From the human T2T-CHM13v2.0 reference genome, Homo sapiens: a stretch of DNA of 64,000 nt. Under the pieces are notes generated by a model. That model was given only the letters and a program-made list of their open reading frames with translations. It was not told the origin of the DNA and searched no databases. The translations under genes were made by a program, and so were the position numbers. Within the stretch, counting starts at the first letter, position 1. The number at the start of each line of letters is the position of its first letter. Where the stretch lies: NCBI RefSeq assembly GCF_009914755.1, contig NC_060948.1, one strand, 5' to 3'. Below, in pieces: positions 22,586-41,921 of this stretch.

Positions 22586-24686
22586 AGATCCATATTTTTT
22601 AAATGAAAAAAAATTTCAAAGGTACTCTGCTTGGTACAATAATCAAATGTATAAACTGAGGAATAAAACATAACCATGAAACCTACTTATAACTGCATGT
22701 GGAAAATACAGAGGATAATTTTTTAAATAACATATTTTGAAAGCCTTAACTAGTAATTTGAAGAGTTGGCATTTGAAAGGCCAGTATGAATATACCTTCA
22801 AAGCAGCAACACAGGTTCCCCATGAGGAAAAGCAAACTCAGGGAAAATAAAACCACAAAGGTTCAATCTCTTCTGACCTTTGAAAGACACAGCACAGACA
22901 GTGGTCCTTAGGACGAAGAGCAGGAGACCCCTAATTCCGTCACCATGGCGATAGGGCATAAACATTGCTGGGTGAGGGCACAATCCACATTGTGAGGTCC
23001 AACTGCTGCCAGGAAGACAGGAGTGCTTTTACATAGACCGAAAGGTCATTGAAGGCTCAGAGTTTTGTTTCAAGAACTGAATCCCAAGCCCACACGTTAT
23101 TAGGCTGCGCTTCTTAAAACAGGTTATGAGATGGGAAAAAGGGCACCCACAAACATACGTATACATTATGTATATAATAATATACAGTATCATATATATA
23201 ATATATATAACCTATGTATAATATTGTTTTACATCCTGCATCTTATGTTATATATATTGTATAAAATATAATAATTGATAATATATAAGTATTATATTTA
23301 TACAATATGGCATATAGTATATATTATAATTTATGACATATATAATATATGTTATATATCATATATAGAATATATTATACGGTTAATATACGTATTAAAT
23401 ATAAATTTTACATTATATATATTATATATAATATATCTGATATATATAATACCCATTATGCATAATATATATATTATGTCTATGTTATATATAGTATAAA
23501 ACAACACATAATAATATAAAATTGTATATATAAAATGCGACATATAATATATATTATATTTTACGACATATGTAATATATATTATATATTATATATAATA
23601 CGTTGTAGGTATAATTCCTATATTAAATATATATTATAGGACTATGTTATTAATTACATGTCACATATGTTATATATTATATATTTTACATAGAATATAC
23701 CGGTTACATACAATATATACTATGTTACCTATAATGTATAATTTATTACATGTAAAATAAAGAATGCAATATATTATGTATAATTTATAATATACAATAT
23801 GTGGAATGTGATATATATAACATATAATATATGATATATGATATACAGTATATGATATATAACATACAATGTATGATACCTAATATATATGGTATACAAT
23901 ATATATTTTATGATATGTATTCTATATGTTTTATATTCTGATATATATAACTATTTGAAATTATATATAACTGTATAATATTTTATGTAAATATGTAATA
24001 TAATATATAACTATATAATATATTATATATAACTATATATTATGTTATATATACTTTTATAACATAATTTACATAAAATATCATAATATAATATATATTA
24101 TATTATTTCATATTACATAATATATATTACATATCACCCAATATAAGTAACATACATAATATTATAATATAGATTATATTATGTTATATTAAATATCATA
24201 TATATCATGTATCATATATTCTATAGTATATATGATACATTATATAATATGTATGTTGTCTATTATGTGATATATATAACTATATATAATTATATTATTA
24301 TACATATTACTAGATAAACATGTAATTCTACATATTTTCATTTATAATATATAGAATTATATAATCATATATAATTATTTATATTCTATAAAAAATTATA
24401 TCATTATATAAATTATAATATATAAAAATTATAATATGTACTACAAATATATATATTATATATCATATATGATATAGTACCTTTGTTATATATCATAATA
24501 CATATAAATGTGTATTATGTTATCTATAATTATATAATTTCATATATAAGATGTATAATATGTATCATATATTATATATGTTATGTAATATATATAGTAT
24601 ATATAAGATGACACAGGATAAATATTATATACTATGACATATAAAATATATGAGGTTATATGTTACATATAAGGCATAGCACATAA

Positions 24687-25001
<315 letters not shown>

Positions 25002-27106
25002 AGATCCATATTTTTTAAATGAAAAAAAATTTCAAAGGTACTCTGCTTGGTACAATAATCAAATGTATAAACTGAGGAATAAAACATAACCATGAAACCT
25101 ACTTATAACTGCATGTGGAAAATACAGAGGATAATTTTTTAAATAACATATTTTGAAAGCCTTAACTAGTAATTTGAAGAGTTGGCATTTGAAAGGCCAG
25201 TATGAATATACCTTCAAAGCAGCAACACAGGTTCCCCATGAGGAAAAGCAAACTCAGGGAAAATAAAACCACAAAGGTTCAATCTCTTCTGACCTTTGAA
25301 AGACACAGCACAGACAGTGGTCCTTAGGACGAAGAGCAGGAGACCCCTAATTCCGTCACCATGGCGATAGGGCATAAACATTGCTGGGTGAGGGCACAAT
25401 CCACATTGTGAGGTCCAACTGCTGCCAGGAAGACAGGACTGCTTTTACATAGACCGAAAGGTCATTGAAGGCTCAGAGTTTTGTTTCAAGAACTGAATCC
25501 CAAGCCCACACGTTATTAGGCTGCGCTTCTTAAAACAGGTTATGAGATGGGAAAAAGGGCACCCACAAACATACGTATACATTATGTATATAATAATATA
25601 CAGTATCATATATATAATATATATAACCTATGTATAATATTGTTTTACATCCTGCATCTTATGTTATATATATTGTATAAAATATAATAATTGATAATAT
25701 ATAAGTATTATATTTATACAATATGGCATATAGTATATATTATAATTTATGACATATATAATATATGTTATATATCATATATATAATATATTATATGGTT
25801 AATATACGTATTAAATATAAATTTTACATTATATATATTATATAAAATATATCTGATATATATAATACCCATTATGCATAATATATATATTATGTCTATG
25901 TTATATATAGTATAAAACAACACATAATAATATATAATTCTATATATAAAATGCGACATATAATATATATTATATTTTACGACATATGTAATATATATTA
26001 TATATTATATATAATACGTTGTAGGTATAATTCCTATATTAAATATATATTATAGGACTATGTTATTAATTACATGTCACATATGTTATATATTATATAT
26101 TTTACATAGAATATACCGGTTACATACAATATATACTATGTTACCTATAATGTATAATTTATTACATGTAAAATAAAGATTGCAATATATTATGTATAAT
26201 TTATAGTATACAATATGTGGATTGTGATATATATAACATATAATATATGATATATGATATACAGTATATGATATATAACATGCAATATATGATACCTAAT
26301 ATATATGGTATACAATATATATTTTATGATATGTATTCTATATGTTTTATATTCTGTTATATATAACTATTTGAAATTATATATAACTGTATAATATTTT
26401 ATGTAAATATGTAATATAATATATATAACTATATAATATATTATATATAACTATATATTATGTTATATATAGTTTTATAACATAATTTACATAAAATATC
26501 ATAATATAATATATATTATATTATTTCATATTACATAATATATATTACATATCACCCAATATAAGTAACATACATAATATTATAATATAGATTATATTAT
26601 GTTATATTAAATATCATATATATCATGTATCATATATTCTATAATATATATTACACATTATATAATATGTATGTTGTCTATTATGTGATATATAGAACTA
26701 TATATATAATTATATTATTATACATATAACTACATAAACATGTAATTCTAAATATTTTCATTTATAATATATAGAATTATATAATCATATATAATTATTT
26801 ATATTCTATAAAAAATTATATCATTATATAAATTATAATATATAAAAATTATAATATGTACTACAAATATATATATTATATATCATATATGATATAGTAC
26901 CTTTGTTATATATCATAATACATATAAATGTGTATTATGTTATCTATAATTATATAAATTCATATATAAGATGTATAATATGTATCATATATTATATATG
27001 TTATGTAATATATATAGTATATATAAGCTGACACAGGATAAATATTATATACTATGACATATAAAATATATGAGGTTATATGTTACATATAAGGCATAGC
27101 ACATAA

Positions 27107-27421
<315 letters not shown>

Positions 27422-29526
27422 AGATCCATATTTTTTAAATGAAAAAAAATTTCAAAGGTACTCTGCTTGGTACAATAATCAAATGTATAAACTGAGGAAT
27501 AAAACATAACCATGAAACCTACTTATAACTGCATATGGAAAATACAGAGGATAATTTTTTAAATAACATATTTTGAAAGCCTTAACTAGTAATTTGAAGA
27601 GTTGGTATTTGAAAGGCCAGTATGAATATACCTTCAAAGCAGCAACACAGGTTCCCCATGAGGAAAAGCAAACTCAGGGAAAATAAAACCACAAAGGTTC
27701 AATCTCTTCTGACCTTTGAAAGACACAGCACAGACAGTGGTCCTTAGGACGAAGAGCAGGAGACCCCTAATTCCGTCACCATGGCGATAGGGCATAAACA
27801 TTGCTGGGTGAGGGCACAATCCACATTGTGAGGTCCAACTGCTGCCAGGAAGACAGGAGTGCTTTTACATAGACCGAAAGGTCATTGAAGGCTCAGAGTT
27901 TTGTTTCAAGAACTGAATCCCAAGCCCACACGTTATTAGGCTGCGCTTCTTAAAACAGGTTATGAGATGGGAAAAAGGGCACCCACAAACATACGTATAC
28001 ATTATGTATATAATAATATACAGTATCATATATATAATATATATAACCTATGTATAATATTGTTTTACATCCTGCATCTTATGTTATATATATTGTATAA
28101 AATATAATAATTGATAATATATAAGTATTATATTTATACAATATGGCATATAGTATATATTATAATTTATGACATATATAATATATGTTATATATCATAT
28201 ATATAATATATTATATGGTTAATATACGTATTAAATATAAATTTTACATTATATATATTATATAAAATATATCTGATATATATAATACCCATTATGCATA
28301 ATATATATATTATGTCTATGTTATATATAGTATAAAACAACACATAATAATATATAATTCTATATATAAAATGCGACATATAATATATATTATATTTTAC
28401 GACATATGTAATATATATTATATATTATATATAATACGTTGTAGGTATAATTCCTATATTAAATATATATTATAGGACTATGTTATTAATTACATGTCAC
28501 ATATGTTATATATTATATATTTTACATACAATATACCGGTTACATACAATATATACTATGTTACCTATAATGTATAATTTATTACATGTAAAATAAAGAT
28601 TGCAATATATTATGTATAATTTATAGTATACAATATGTGGATTGTGATATATATAACATATAATATATGATATATGATATACAGTATATGATATATAACA
28701 TGCAATATATGATACCTAATATATATGGTATACAATATATATTTTATGATATGTATTCTATATGTTTTATATTCTGTTATATATAACTATTTGAAATTAT
28801 ATATAACTCTATAATATTTTATGTAAATATGTAATATAATATATATAACTATATAATATATTATATATAACTATATATTATGTTATATATAGTTTTATAA
28901 CATAATTTACATAAAAAATCATAATATAATATATATTATATTATTTCATATTACATAATATATATTACATATCACCCAATATAAGTAACATACATAATAA
29001 TATAATATAGATTATATTATGTTATATTAAATATCATATATATCATGTATCATATATTCTATAATATATATTACACATTATATAATATGTATGTTGTCTA
29101 TTATGTGATATATAGAACTATATATATAATTATATTATTATACATATAACTACATAAACATGTAATTCTAAATATTTTCATTTATAATATATAGAATTAT
29201 ATAATCATATATAATTATTTATATTCTATAAAAAATTATATCATTATATAAATTATAATATATAAAAATTATAATATGTACTACAAATATATATATTATA
29301 TATCATATATGATATAGTACCTTTGTTATATATCATAATACATATAAATGTGTATTATGTTATCTATAATTATATAAATTCATATATAAGATGTATAATA
29401 TGTATCATATATTATATATGTTATGTAATATATATAGTATATATAAGCTGACACAGGATAAATATTATATACTATGACATATAAAATATATGAGGTTATA
29501 TGTTACATATAAGGCATAGCACATAA

Positions 29527-29841
<315 letters not shown>

Positions 29842-31942
29842 AGATCCATATTTTTTAAATGAAAAAAAATTTCAAAGGTACTCTGCTTGGTACAATAATC
29901 AAATGTATAAACTGAGGAATAAAACATAACCATGAAACCTACTTATAACTGCATATGGAAAATACAGAGGATAATTTTTTAAATAACATATTTTGAAAGC
30001 CTTAACTAGTAATTTGAAGAGTTGGTATTTGAAAGGCCAGTATGAATATACCTTCAAAGCAGCAACACAGGTTCCCCATGAGGAAAAGCAAACTCAGGGA
30101 AAATAAAACCACAAAGGTTCAATCTCTTCTGACCTTTGAAAGACACAGCACAGACAGTGGTCCTTAGGACGAAGAGCAGGAGACCCCTAATTCCGTCACC
30201 ATGGCGATAGGGCATAAACATTGCTGGGTGAGGGCACAATCCACATTGTGAGGTCCAACTGCTGCCAGGAAGACAGGAGTGCTTTTACATAGACCGAAAG
30301 GTCATTGAAGGCTCAGAGTTTTGTTTCAAGAACTGAATCCCAAGCCCACACGTTATTAGGCTGCGCTTCTTAAAACAGGTTATGAGATGGGAAAAAGGGC
30401 ACCCACAAACATACGTATACATTATGTATATAATAATATACAGTATCATATATATAATATATATAACCTATGTATAATATTGTTTTACATCCTGCATCTT
30501 ATGTTATATATATTGTATAAAATATAATAATTGATAATATATAAGTATTATATTTATACAATATGGCATATAGTATATATTATAATTTATGACATATATA
30601 ATATATGTTATATATCATATATAGAATATATTATATGGTTAATATACGTATTAAATATAAATTTTACATTATATATATTATATATAATATATCTGATATA
30701 TATAATACCCATTATGCATAATATATATATTATGTCTATGTTATATATAGTATAAAACAACACATAATAATATATAATTGTATATATAAAATGCGACATA
30801 TAATATATATTATATTTTACGACATATGTAATATATATTATATATTATATATAATACGTTGTAGGTATAATTCCTATATTAAATATATATTATAGGACTA
30901 TGTTATTAATTACATGTCACATATGTTATATATTATATATTTTACATAGAATATACCGGTTACATACAATATATACTATGTTACCTATAATGTATAATTT
31001 ATTACATGTAAAATAAAGAATGCAATATATTATGTATAATTTATAATATACAATATGTGGAATGTGATATATATAACATATAATATATGATATATGATAT
31101 ACAGTATATGATATATAACATACAATGTATGATACCTAATATATATGGTATACAATATATATTTTATGATATGTATTCTATATGTTTTATATTCTGTTAT
31201 ATATAACTATTTGAAATTATATATAACTGTATAATATTTTATGTAAATATGTAATATAATATATAACTATATAATATATTATATATAACTATATATTATG
31301 TTATATATACTTTTATAACATAATTTACATAAAATATCATAATATAATATATATTATATTATTTCATATTACATAATATATATTACATATCACCCAATAT
31401 AAGTAACATACATAATATTATAATATAGATTATATTATGTTATATTAAATATCATATATATCATGTATCATATATTCTATAGTATATATGATACATTATA
31501 TAATATGTATGTTGTCTATTATGTGATATATATAACTATATATAATTATATTATTATACATATTACTAGATAAACATGTAATTCTACATATTTTCATTTA
31601 TAATATATAGAATTATATAATCATATATAATTATTTATATTCTATAAAAAATTATATCATTATATAAATTATAATATATAAAAATTATAATATGTACTAC
31701 AAATATATATATTATATATCATATATGATATAGTACCTTTGTTATATATCATAATACATATAAATGTGTATTATGTTATCTATAATTATATAATTTCATA
31801 TATAAGATGTATAATATGTATTATATATTATATATGTTATGTAATATATATAGTATATATAAGATGACACAGGATAAATATTATATACTATGACATATAA
31901 AATATATGAGGTTATATGTTACATATAAGGCATAGCACATAA

Positions 31943-32257
<315 letters not shown>

Positions 32258-34356
32258 AGATCCATATTTTTTAAATGAAAAAAAATTTCAAAGGTACTCT
32301 GCTTGGTACAATAATCAAATGTATAAACTGAGGAATAAAACATAACCATGAAACCTACTTATAACTGCATATGGAAAATACAGAGGATAATTTTTTAAAT
32401 AACATATTTTGAAAGCCTTAACTAGTAATTTGAAGAGTTGGCATTTGAAAGGCCAGTATGAATATACCTTCAAAGCAGCAACACAGGTTCCCCATGAGAA
32501 AAAGCAAACTCAGGGAAAAGAAAACCACAAAGGTTCAATCTCTTCTGACCTTTGAAAGACACAGCACAGACAGTGGTCCTTAGGACGAAGAGCAGGAGAC
32601 CCCTAATTCCGTCACCATGGCGATAGGGCATAAACATTGCTGGGTGAGGGCACAATCCACATTGTGAGGTCCAACTGCTGCCAGGAAGACAGGAGTGCTT
32701 TTACATAGACCGAAAGGTCATTGAAGGCTCAGAGTTTTGTTTCAAGAACTGAATCCCAAGCCCACACGTTATTAGGCTGCGCTTCTTAAAACAGGTTATG
32801 AGATGGGAAAAAGGGCACCCACAAACATACGTATACATTATGTATATAATAATATACAGTATCATATATATAATATATATAACCTATGTATAATATTGTT
32901 TTACATCCTGCATCTTATGTTATATATATTGTATAAAATATAATAATTGATAATATATAAGTATTATATTTATACAATATGGCATATAGTATATATTATA
33001 ATTTATGACATATATAATATATGTTATATATCATATATAGAATATATTATACGGTTAATATACGTATTAAATATAAATTTTACATTATATATATTATATA
33101 TAATATATCTGATATATATAATACCCATTATGCATAATATATATATTATGTCTATGTTATATATAGTATAAAACAACACATAATAATATATAATTGTATA
33201 TATAAAATGCGACATATAATATATATTATATTTTACGACATATGTAATATATATTATATATTATATATAATACGTTGTAGGTATAATTCCTATATTAAAT
33301 ATATATTATAGGACTATGTTATTAATTACATGTCACATATGTTATATATTATATATTTTACATAGAATATACCGGTTACATACAATATATACTATGTTAC
33401 CTATAATGTATAATTTATTACATGTAAAATAAAGAATGCAATATATTATGTATAATTTATAATATACAATATGTGGAATGTGATATATATAACATATAAT
33501 ATATGATATATGATATACAGTATATGATATATAACATACAATGTATGATACCTAATATATATGGTATACAATATATATTTTATGATATGTATTCTATATG
33601 TTTTATATTCTGATATATATAACTATTTGAAATTATATATAACTGTATAATATTTTATGTAAATATGTAATATAATATATAACTATATAATATATTATAT
33701 ATAACTATATATTATGTTATATATACTTTTATAACATAATTTACATAAAATATCATAATATAATATATATTATATTATTTCATATTACATAATATATATT
33801 ACATATCACCCAATATAAGTAACATACATAATATTATAATATAGATTATATTATGTTATATTAAATATCATATATATCATGTATCATATATTCTATAATA
33901 TATATGATACATTATATAATATGTATGCTGTCTATTATGTGATATATATAACTATATATAATTATATTATTATACATATTACTAGATAAACGTAATTCTA
34001 CATATTTTCATTTATAATATATAGAATTATATAATCATATATAATTATTTATATTCTATAAAAAATTATATCATTATATAAATTATAATATATAAAAATT
34101 ATAATATGTACTACAAATATATATATTATATATCATATATGATATAGTACCTTTGTTATATATCATAATACATATAAATGTGTATTATGTTATCTATAAT
34201 TATATAATTTCATATATAAGATGTATAATATGTATTATATATTATATATGTTATGTAATATATATAGTATATATAAGATGACACAGGATAAATATTATAT
34301 ACTATGACATATAAAATATATGAGGTTATATGTTACATATAAGGCATAGCACATAA

Positions 34357-34671
<315 letters not shown>

Positions 34672-36772
34672 AGATCCATATTTTTTAAATGAAAAAAAAT
34701 TTCAAAGGTACTCTGCTTGGTACAATAATCAAATGTATAAACTGAGGAATAAAACATAACCATGAAACCTACTTATAACTGCATATGGAAAATACAGAGG
34801 ATAATTTTTTAAATAACATATTTTGAAAGCCTTAACTAGTAATTTGAAGAGTTGGTATTTGAAAGGCCAGTATGAATATACCTTCAAAGCAGCAACACAG
34901 GTTCCCCATGAGGAAAAGCAAACTCAGGGAAAATAAAACCACAAAGGTTCAATCTCTTCTGACCTTTGAAAGACACAGCACAGACAGTGGTCCTTAGGAC
35001 GAAGAGCAGGAGACCCCTAATTCCGTCACCATGGCGATAGGGCATAAACATTGCTGGGTGAGGGCACAATCCACATTGTGAGGTCCAACTGCTGCCAGGA
35101 AGACAGGAGTGCTTTTACATAGACCGAAAGGTCATTGAAGGCTCAGAGTTTTGTTTCAAGAACTGAATCCCAAGCCCACACGTTATTAGGCTGCGCTTCT
35201 TAAAACAAGTTATGAGATGGGAAAAAGGGCACCTACAAACATACGTATACATTATGTATATAATAATATACAGTATCATATATATAATATATATAACCCA
35301 TGTATAATATTGTTTTACATCCTGCATCTTATATTATATATATTGTATAAAATATAATAATTGATAATATATAAATTTTATATTTATACAATATGACATA
35401 TAGTATATATTATAATTTATTACATATATAATATATGTTATATATCATATATAGAATATATTATACGGTTAATATACGTATTAAATATAAATTATACATT
35501 ATATATATTATATATAATATATCTGCTATATATAATACCCATTGTGCATAATATATATATTATGTCTATGTTATATATAGTATAAAACAACATATAATAA
35601 TATATAATTGTATATATAAAACGCGACATATAATATATATTATATTTTATGACATATGTAATATATATTATATATTATATATAATACGTTGTATGTATAA
35701 TACCTATATTAAATATAAATTATAAGACTATGTTATTAATTACATGTCACATATGTTATATATTATATATTTTACATAGAATATACCGGTTACATACAAT
35801 ATATACTATGTTACCTATAATGTATAATTTATTACATGTAAAATAAAGAATGCAATATATTATGTATAATTTATAATATACAATATGTGGAATGTGATAT
35901 ATATAACATATAATATATGATATATGATATACAGTATATGATATATAACATACAATATATGATACCTAATATATATGGTATACAATATATATTTTATGAT
36001 ATGTATACTATATGTTTTATATTCTGTTATATATAACTATTTGAAATTATATATAACTGTATAATATTTTATGTAAATATGTAATATAATATATAACTAT
36101 ATAATATATTATATATAACTATATATTATGTTATATATACTTTTATAACATAATTTACATAAAATATCATAATATAATATATATTATATTATTTCATATT
36201 ACATAATATATATTACATATCACCCAATATAAGTAACATACATAATATTATAATATAGATTATATTATGTTATATTAAATATCATATATATCATGTATCA
36301 TATATTCTATAATATATATGATACATTATATAATATGTATGTTGTCTATTATGTGATATATATAACTATATATAATTATATTATTATACATATTACTAGA
36401 TAAACATGTAATTCTACATATTTTCATTTATAATATATAGAATTATATAATCATATATAATTATTTATATTCTATAAAAAATTATATCATTATATAAATT
36501 ATAATATATAAAAATTATAATATGTACTACAAATATATATATTATATATCATATATGATATAGTACCTTTGTTATATATCATAATACATATAAATGTGTA
36601 TTATGTTACCTATAATTATATAATTTCATATATAAGATGTATAATATGTATTATATATTATATATGTTATGTAATATATATAGTATATATAAGATGACAC
36701 AGGATAAATATTATATACTATGACATATAAAATATATGAGGTTATATGTTACATATAAGGCATAGCACATAA

Positions 36773-37087
<315 letters not shown>

Positions 37088-39192
37088 AGATCCATATTTT
37101 TTAAATGAAAAAAAATTTCAAAGGTACTCTGCTTGGTACAATAATCAAATGTATAAACTGAGGAATAAAACATAACCATGAAACCTACTTATAACTGCAT
37201 ATGGAAAATACAGAGGATAATTTTTTAAATAACATATTTTGAAAGCCTTAACTAGTAATTTGAAGAGTTGGCATTTGAAAGGCCAGTATGAATATACCTT
37301 CAAAGCAGCAACACAGGTTCCCCATGAGAAAAAGCAAACTCAGGGAAAATAAAACCACAAAGGTTCAATCTCTTCTGACCTTTGAAAGACACAGCACAGA
37401 CAGTGGTCCTTAGGACGAAGAGCAGGAGACCCCTAATTCCGTCACCATGGCGATAGGGCATAAACATTGCTGGGTGAGGGCACAATCCACATTGTGAGGT
37501 CCAACTGCTGCCAGGAAGACAGGAGTGCTTTTACATAGACCGAAAGGTCATTGAAGGCTCAGAGTTTTGTTTCAAGAACTGAATCCCAAGCCCACACGTT
37601 ATTAGGCTGCGCTTCTTAAAACAAGTTATGAGATGGGAAAAAGGGCACCCACAAACATACGTATACATTATGTATATAATAATATACAGTATCATATATA
37701 TAATATATATAACCTATGTATAATATTGTTTTATATCCTGCATCTTATATTATATATATTGTATAAAATGTAATAATTGATAAAATATAAGTTTTATATT
37801 TATACAATATGACATATAGTATATATTATAATTTATGACATATATAATATATGTTATATATCATATATAGAATATATTATACGGTTAATATACGTATTAA
37901 ATATAAATTATACATTATATATATTATATAAAATATATCTGTTATATATAATACCCATTATGCATAATATATATATTATGTCTATGTTATATATACTATA
38001 AAACAACATATAATAATATATAACTGTATATATAAAATGCGACATATAATATATATTATATTTTATGACATATGTAATATATATTATATATTATATATAA
38101 TACGTTGTATGTATAATACCTATATTAAATATATATTATATGACTATGTTATTAATTACATGTCACATATGTTATATATTATATATTTTACATAGAATAT
38201 ACCGGTTACATACAATATATACTATGTTACCTATAATGTATAATTGATTACATGTAAAATAAAGAATGCAATATATTATGTATAATTTATAATATACAAT
38301 ATGTGGAATGTGATATATATAACATATAATATATGATATATGATATACAGTATATGATATATAACATACAATATATGATACCTGATATATATGGTATACA
38401 ATATATATTTTATGATATCTATTCTCTATGTTTTATATTCTTTTATATATAACTATTTGAAATTATATATAACTGTATAATATTTTATGTAAATATGTAA
38501 TATAATATATATAACTATATAATATTTTATATATAACTATATATTATGTTATATATACTTTTATAACATAATTTACATAAAATATCATAATATAATATAT
38601 ATTATATTATTTCATATTACATAATATACATTCCATATGACCCAATATAAGTAACATACATAATATTATAATATAGATTATATTATGTTATATTAAATTT
38701 CATATATATCATGTATCATATATTCCATAATATATATTATACATTATATAATATGTATGTTGTCTATTATGTGATATATATAACTAAATATATAATTATA
38801 TTGTGATACATATAACTAGATAAACATGTAATTCTACATATTTTCATTTATAATATATAAAATTATATAATCATATATAATTATTTATATTCTATAAAAA
38901 ATTATATCATTATATAAATTATAATATATAAAAATCATAATATGTCCTACAAATATATATATTATATATCATATATGATATAGTACCTTTGTTATATATC
39001 ATAATACATATAAATGTGTATTATGTTATCTATAATTATATAATTTCATATATAAGATGTATAATATGTATTATATATTATATATGTTATGTAATATATA
39101 TAGTATATATAAGATGACACAGGATAAATATTATATACTATGACATATAAAATATATGAGGTTATATGTTACATATAAGGCATAGCACATAA

Positions 39193-39507
<315 letters not shown>

Positions 39508-41606
39508 AGATCCATATTTTTTAAATGAAAAAAAATTTCAAAGGTACTCTGCTTGGTACAATAATCAAATGTATAAACTGAGGAATAAAACATAACCATG
39601 AAACCTACTTATAACTGCATATGGAAAATACAGAGGATAATTTTTTAAATAACATATTTTGAAAGCCTTAACTAGTAATTTGAAGAGTTGGCATTTGAAA
39701 GGCCAGTATGAATATACCTTCAAAGCAGCAACACAGGTTCCCCATGAGAAAAAGCAAACTCAGGGAAAAGAAAACCACAAAGGTTCAATCTCTTCTGACC
39801 TTTGAAAGACACAGCACAGACAGTGGTCCTTAGGACGAAGAGCAGGAGACCCCTAATTCCGTCACCATGGCGATAGGGCATAAACATTGCTGGGTGAGGG
39901 CACAATCCACATTGTGAGGTCCAACTGCTGCCAGGAAGACAGGAGTGCTTTTACATAGACCGAAAGGTCATTGAAGGCTCAGAGTTTTGTTTCAAGAACT
40001 GAATCCCAAGCCCACACGTTATTAGGCTGCGCTTCTTAAAACAGGTTATGAGATGGGAAAAAGGGCACCCACAAACATACGTATACATTATGTATATAAT
40101 AATATACAGTATCATATATATAATATATATAACCTATGTATAATATTGTTTTACATCCTGCATCTTATGTTATATATATTGTATAAAATATAATAATTGA
40201 TAATATATAAGTATTATATTTATACAATATGGCATATAGTATATATTATAATTTATGACATATATAATATATGTTATATATCATATATAGAATATATTAT
40301 ACGGTTAATATACGTATTAAATATAAATTTTACATTATATATATTATATATAATATATCTGATATATATAATACCCATTATGCATAATATATATATTATG
40401 TCTATGTTATATATAGTATAAAACAACACATAATAATATATAATTGTATATATAAAATGCGACATATAATATATATTATATTTTACGACATATGTAATAT
40501 ATATTATATATTATATATAATACGTTGTAGGTATAATTCCTATATTAAATATATATTATAGGACTATGTTATTAATTACATGTCACATATGTTATATATT
40601 ATATATTTTACATAGAATATACCGGTTACATACAATATATACTATGTTACCTATAATGTATAATTTATTACATGTAAAATAAAGAATGCAATATATTATG
40701 TATAATTTATAATATACAATATGTGGAATGTGATATATATAACATATAATATATGATATATGATATACAGTATATGATATATAACATACAATGTATGATA
40801 CCTAATATATATGGTATACAATATATATTTTATGATATGTATTCTATATGTTTTATATTCTGATATATATAACTATTTGAAATTATATATAACTGTATAA
40901 TATTTTATGTAAATATGTAATATAATATATAACTATATAATATATTATATATAACTATATATTATGTTATATATACTTTTATAACATAATTTACATAAAA
41001 TATCATAATATAATATATATTATATTATTTCATATTACATAATATATATTACATATCACCCAATATAAGTAACATACATAATATTATAATATAGATTATA
41101 TTATGTTATATTAAATATCATATATATCATGTATCATATATTCTATAATATATATGATACATTATATAATATGTATGCTGTCTATTATGTGATATATATA
41201 ACTATATATAATTATATTATTATACATATTACTAGATAAACGTAATTCTACATATTTTCATTTATAATATATAGAATTATATAATCATATATAATTATTT
41301 ATATTCTATAAAAAATTATATCATTATATAAATTATAATATATAAAAATTATAATATGTACTACAAATATATATATTATATATCATATATGATATAGTAC
41401 CTTTGTTATATATCATAATACATATAAATGTGTATTATGTTATCTATAATTATATAATTTCATATATAAGATGTATAATATGTATTATATATTATATATG
41501 TTATGTAATATATATAGTATATATAAGATGACACAGGATAAATATTATATACTATGACATATAAAATATATGAGGTTATATGTTACATATAAGGCATAGC
41601 ACATAA

Positions 41607-41921
<315 letters not shown>

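Noticed and set aside
35115-35327. 70-aa ORF MQDVKQYY... in six units, and the 61-aa MKVYSY... ORF in units 1-2
   Set aside because: Each is opened by a point change removing a stop codon in one haplotype. They are useful as lineage markers only.
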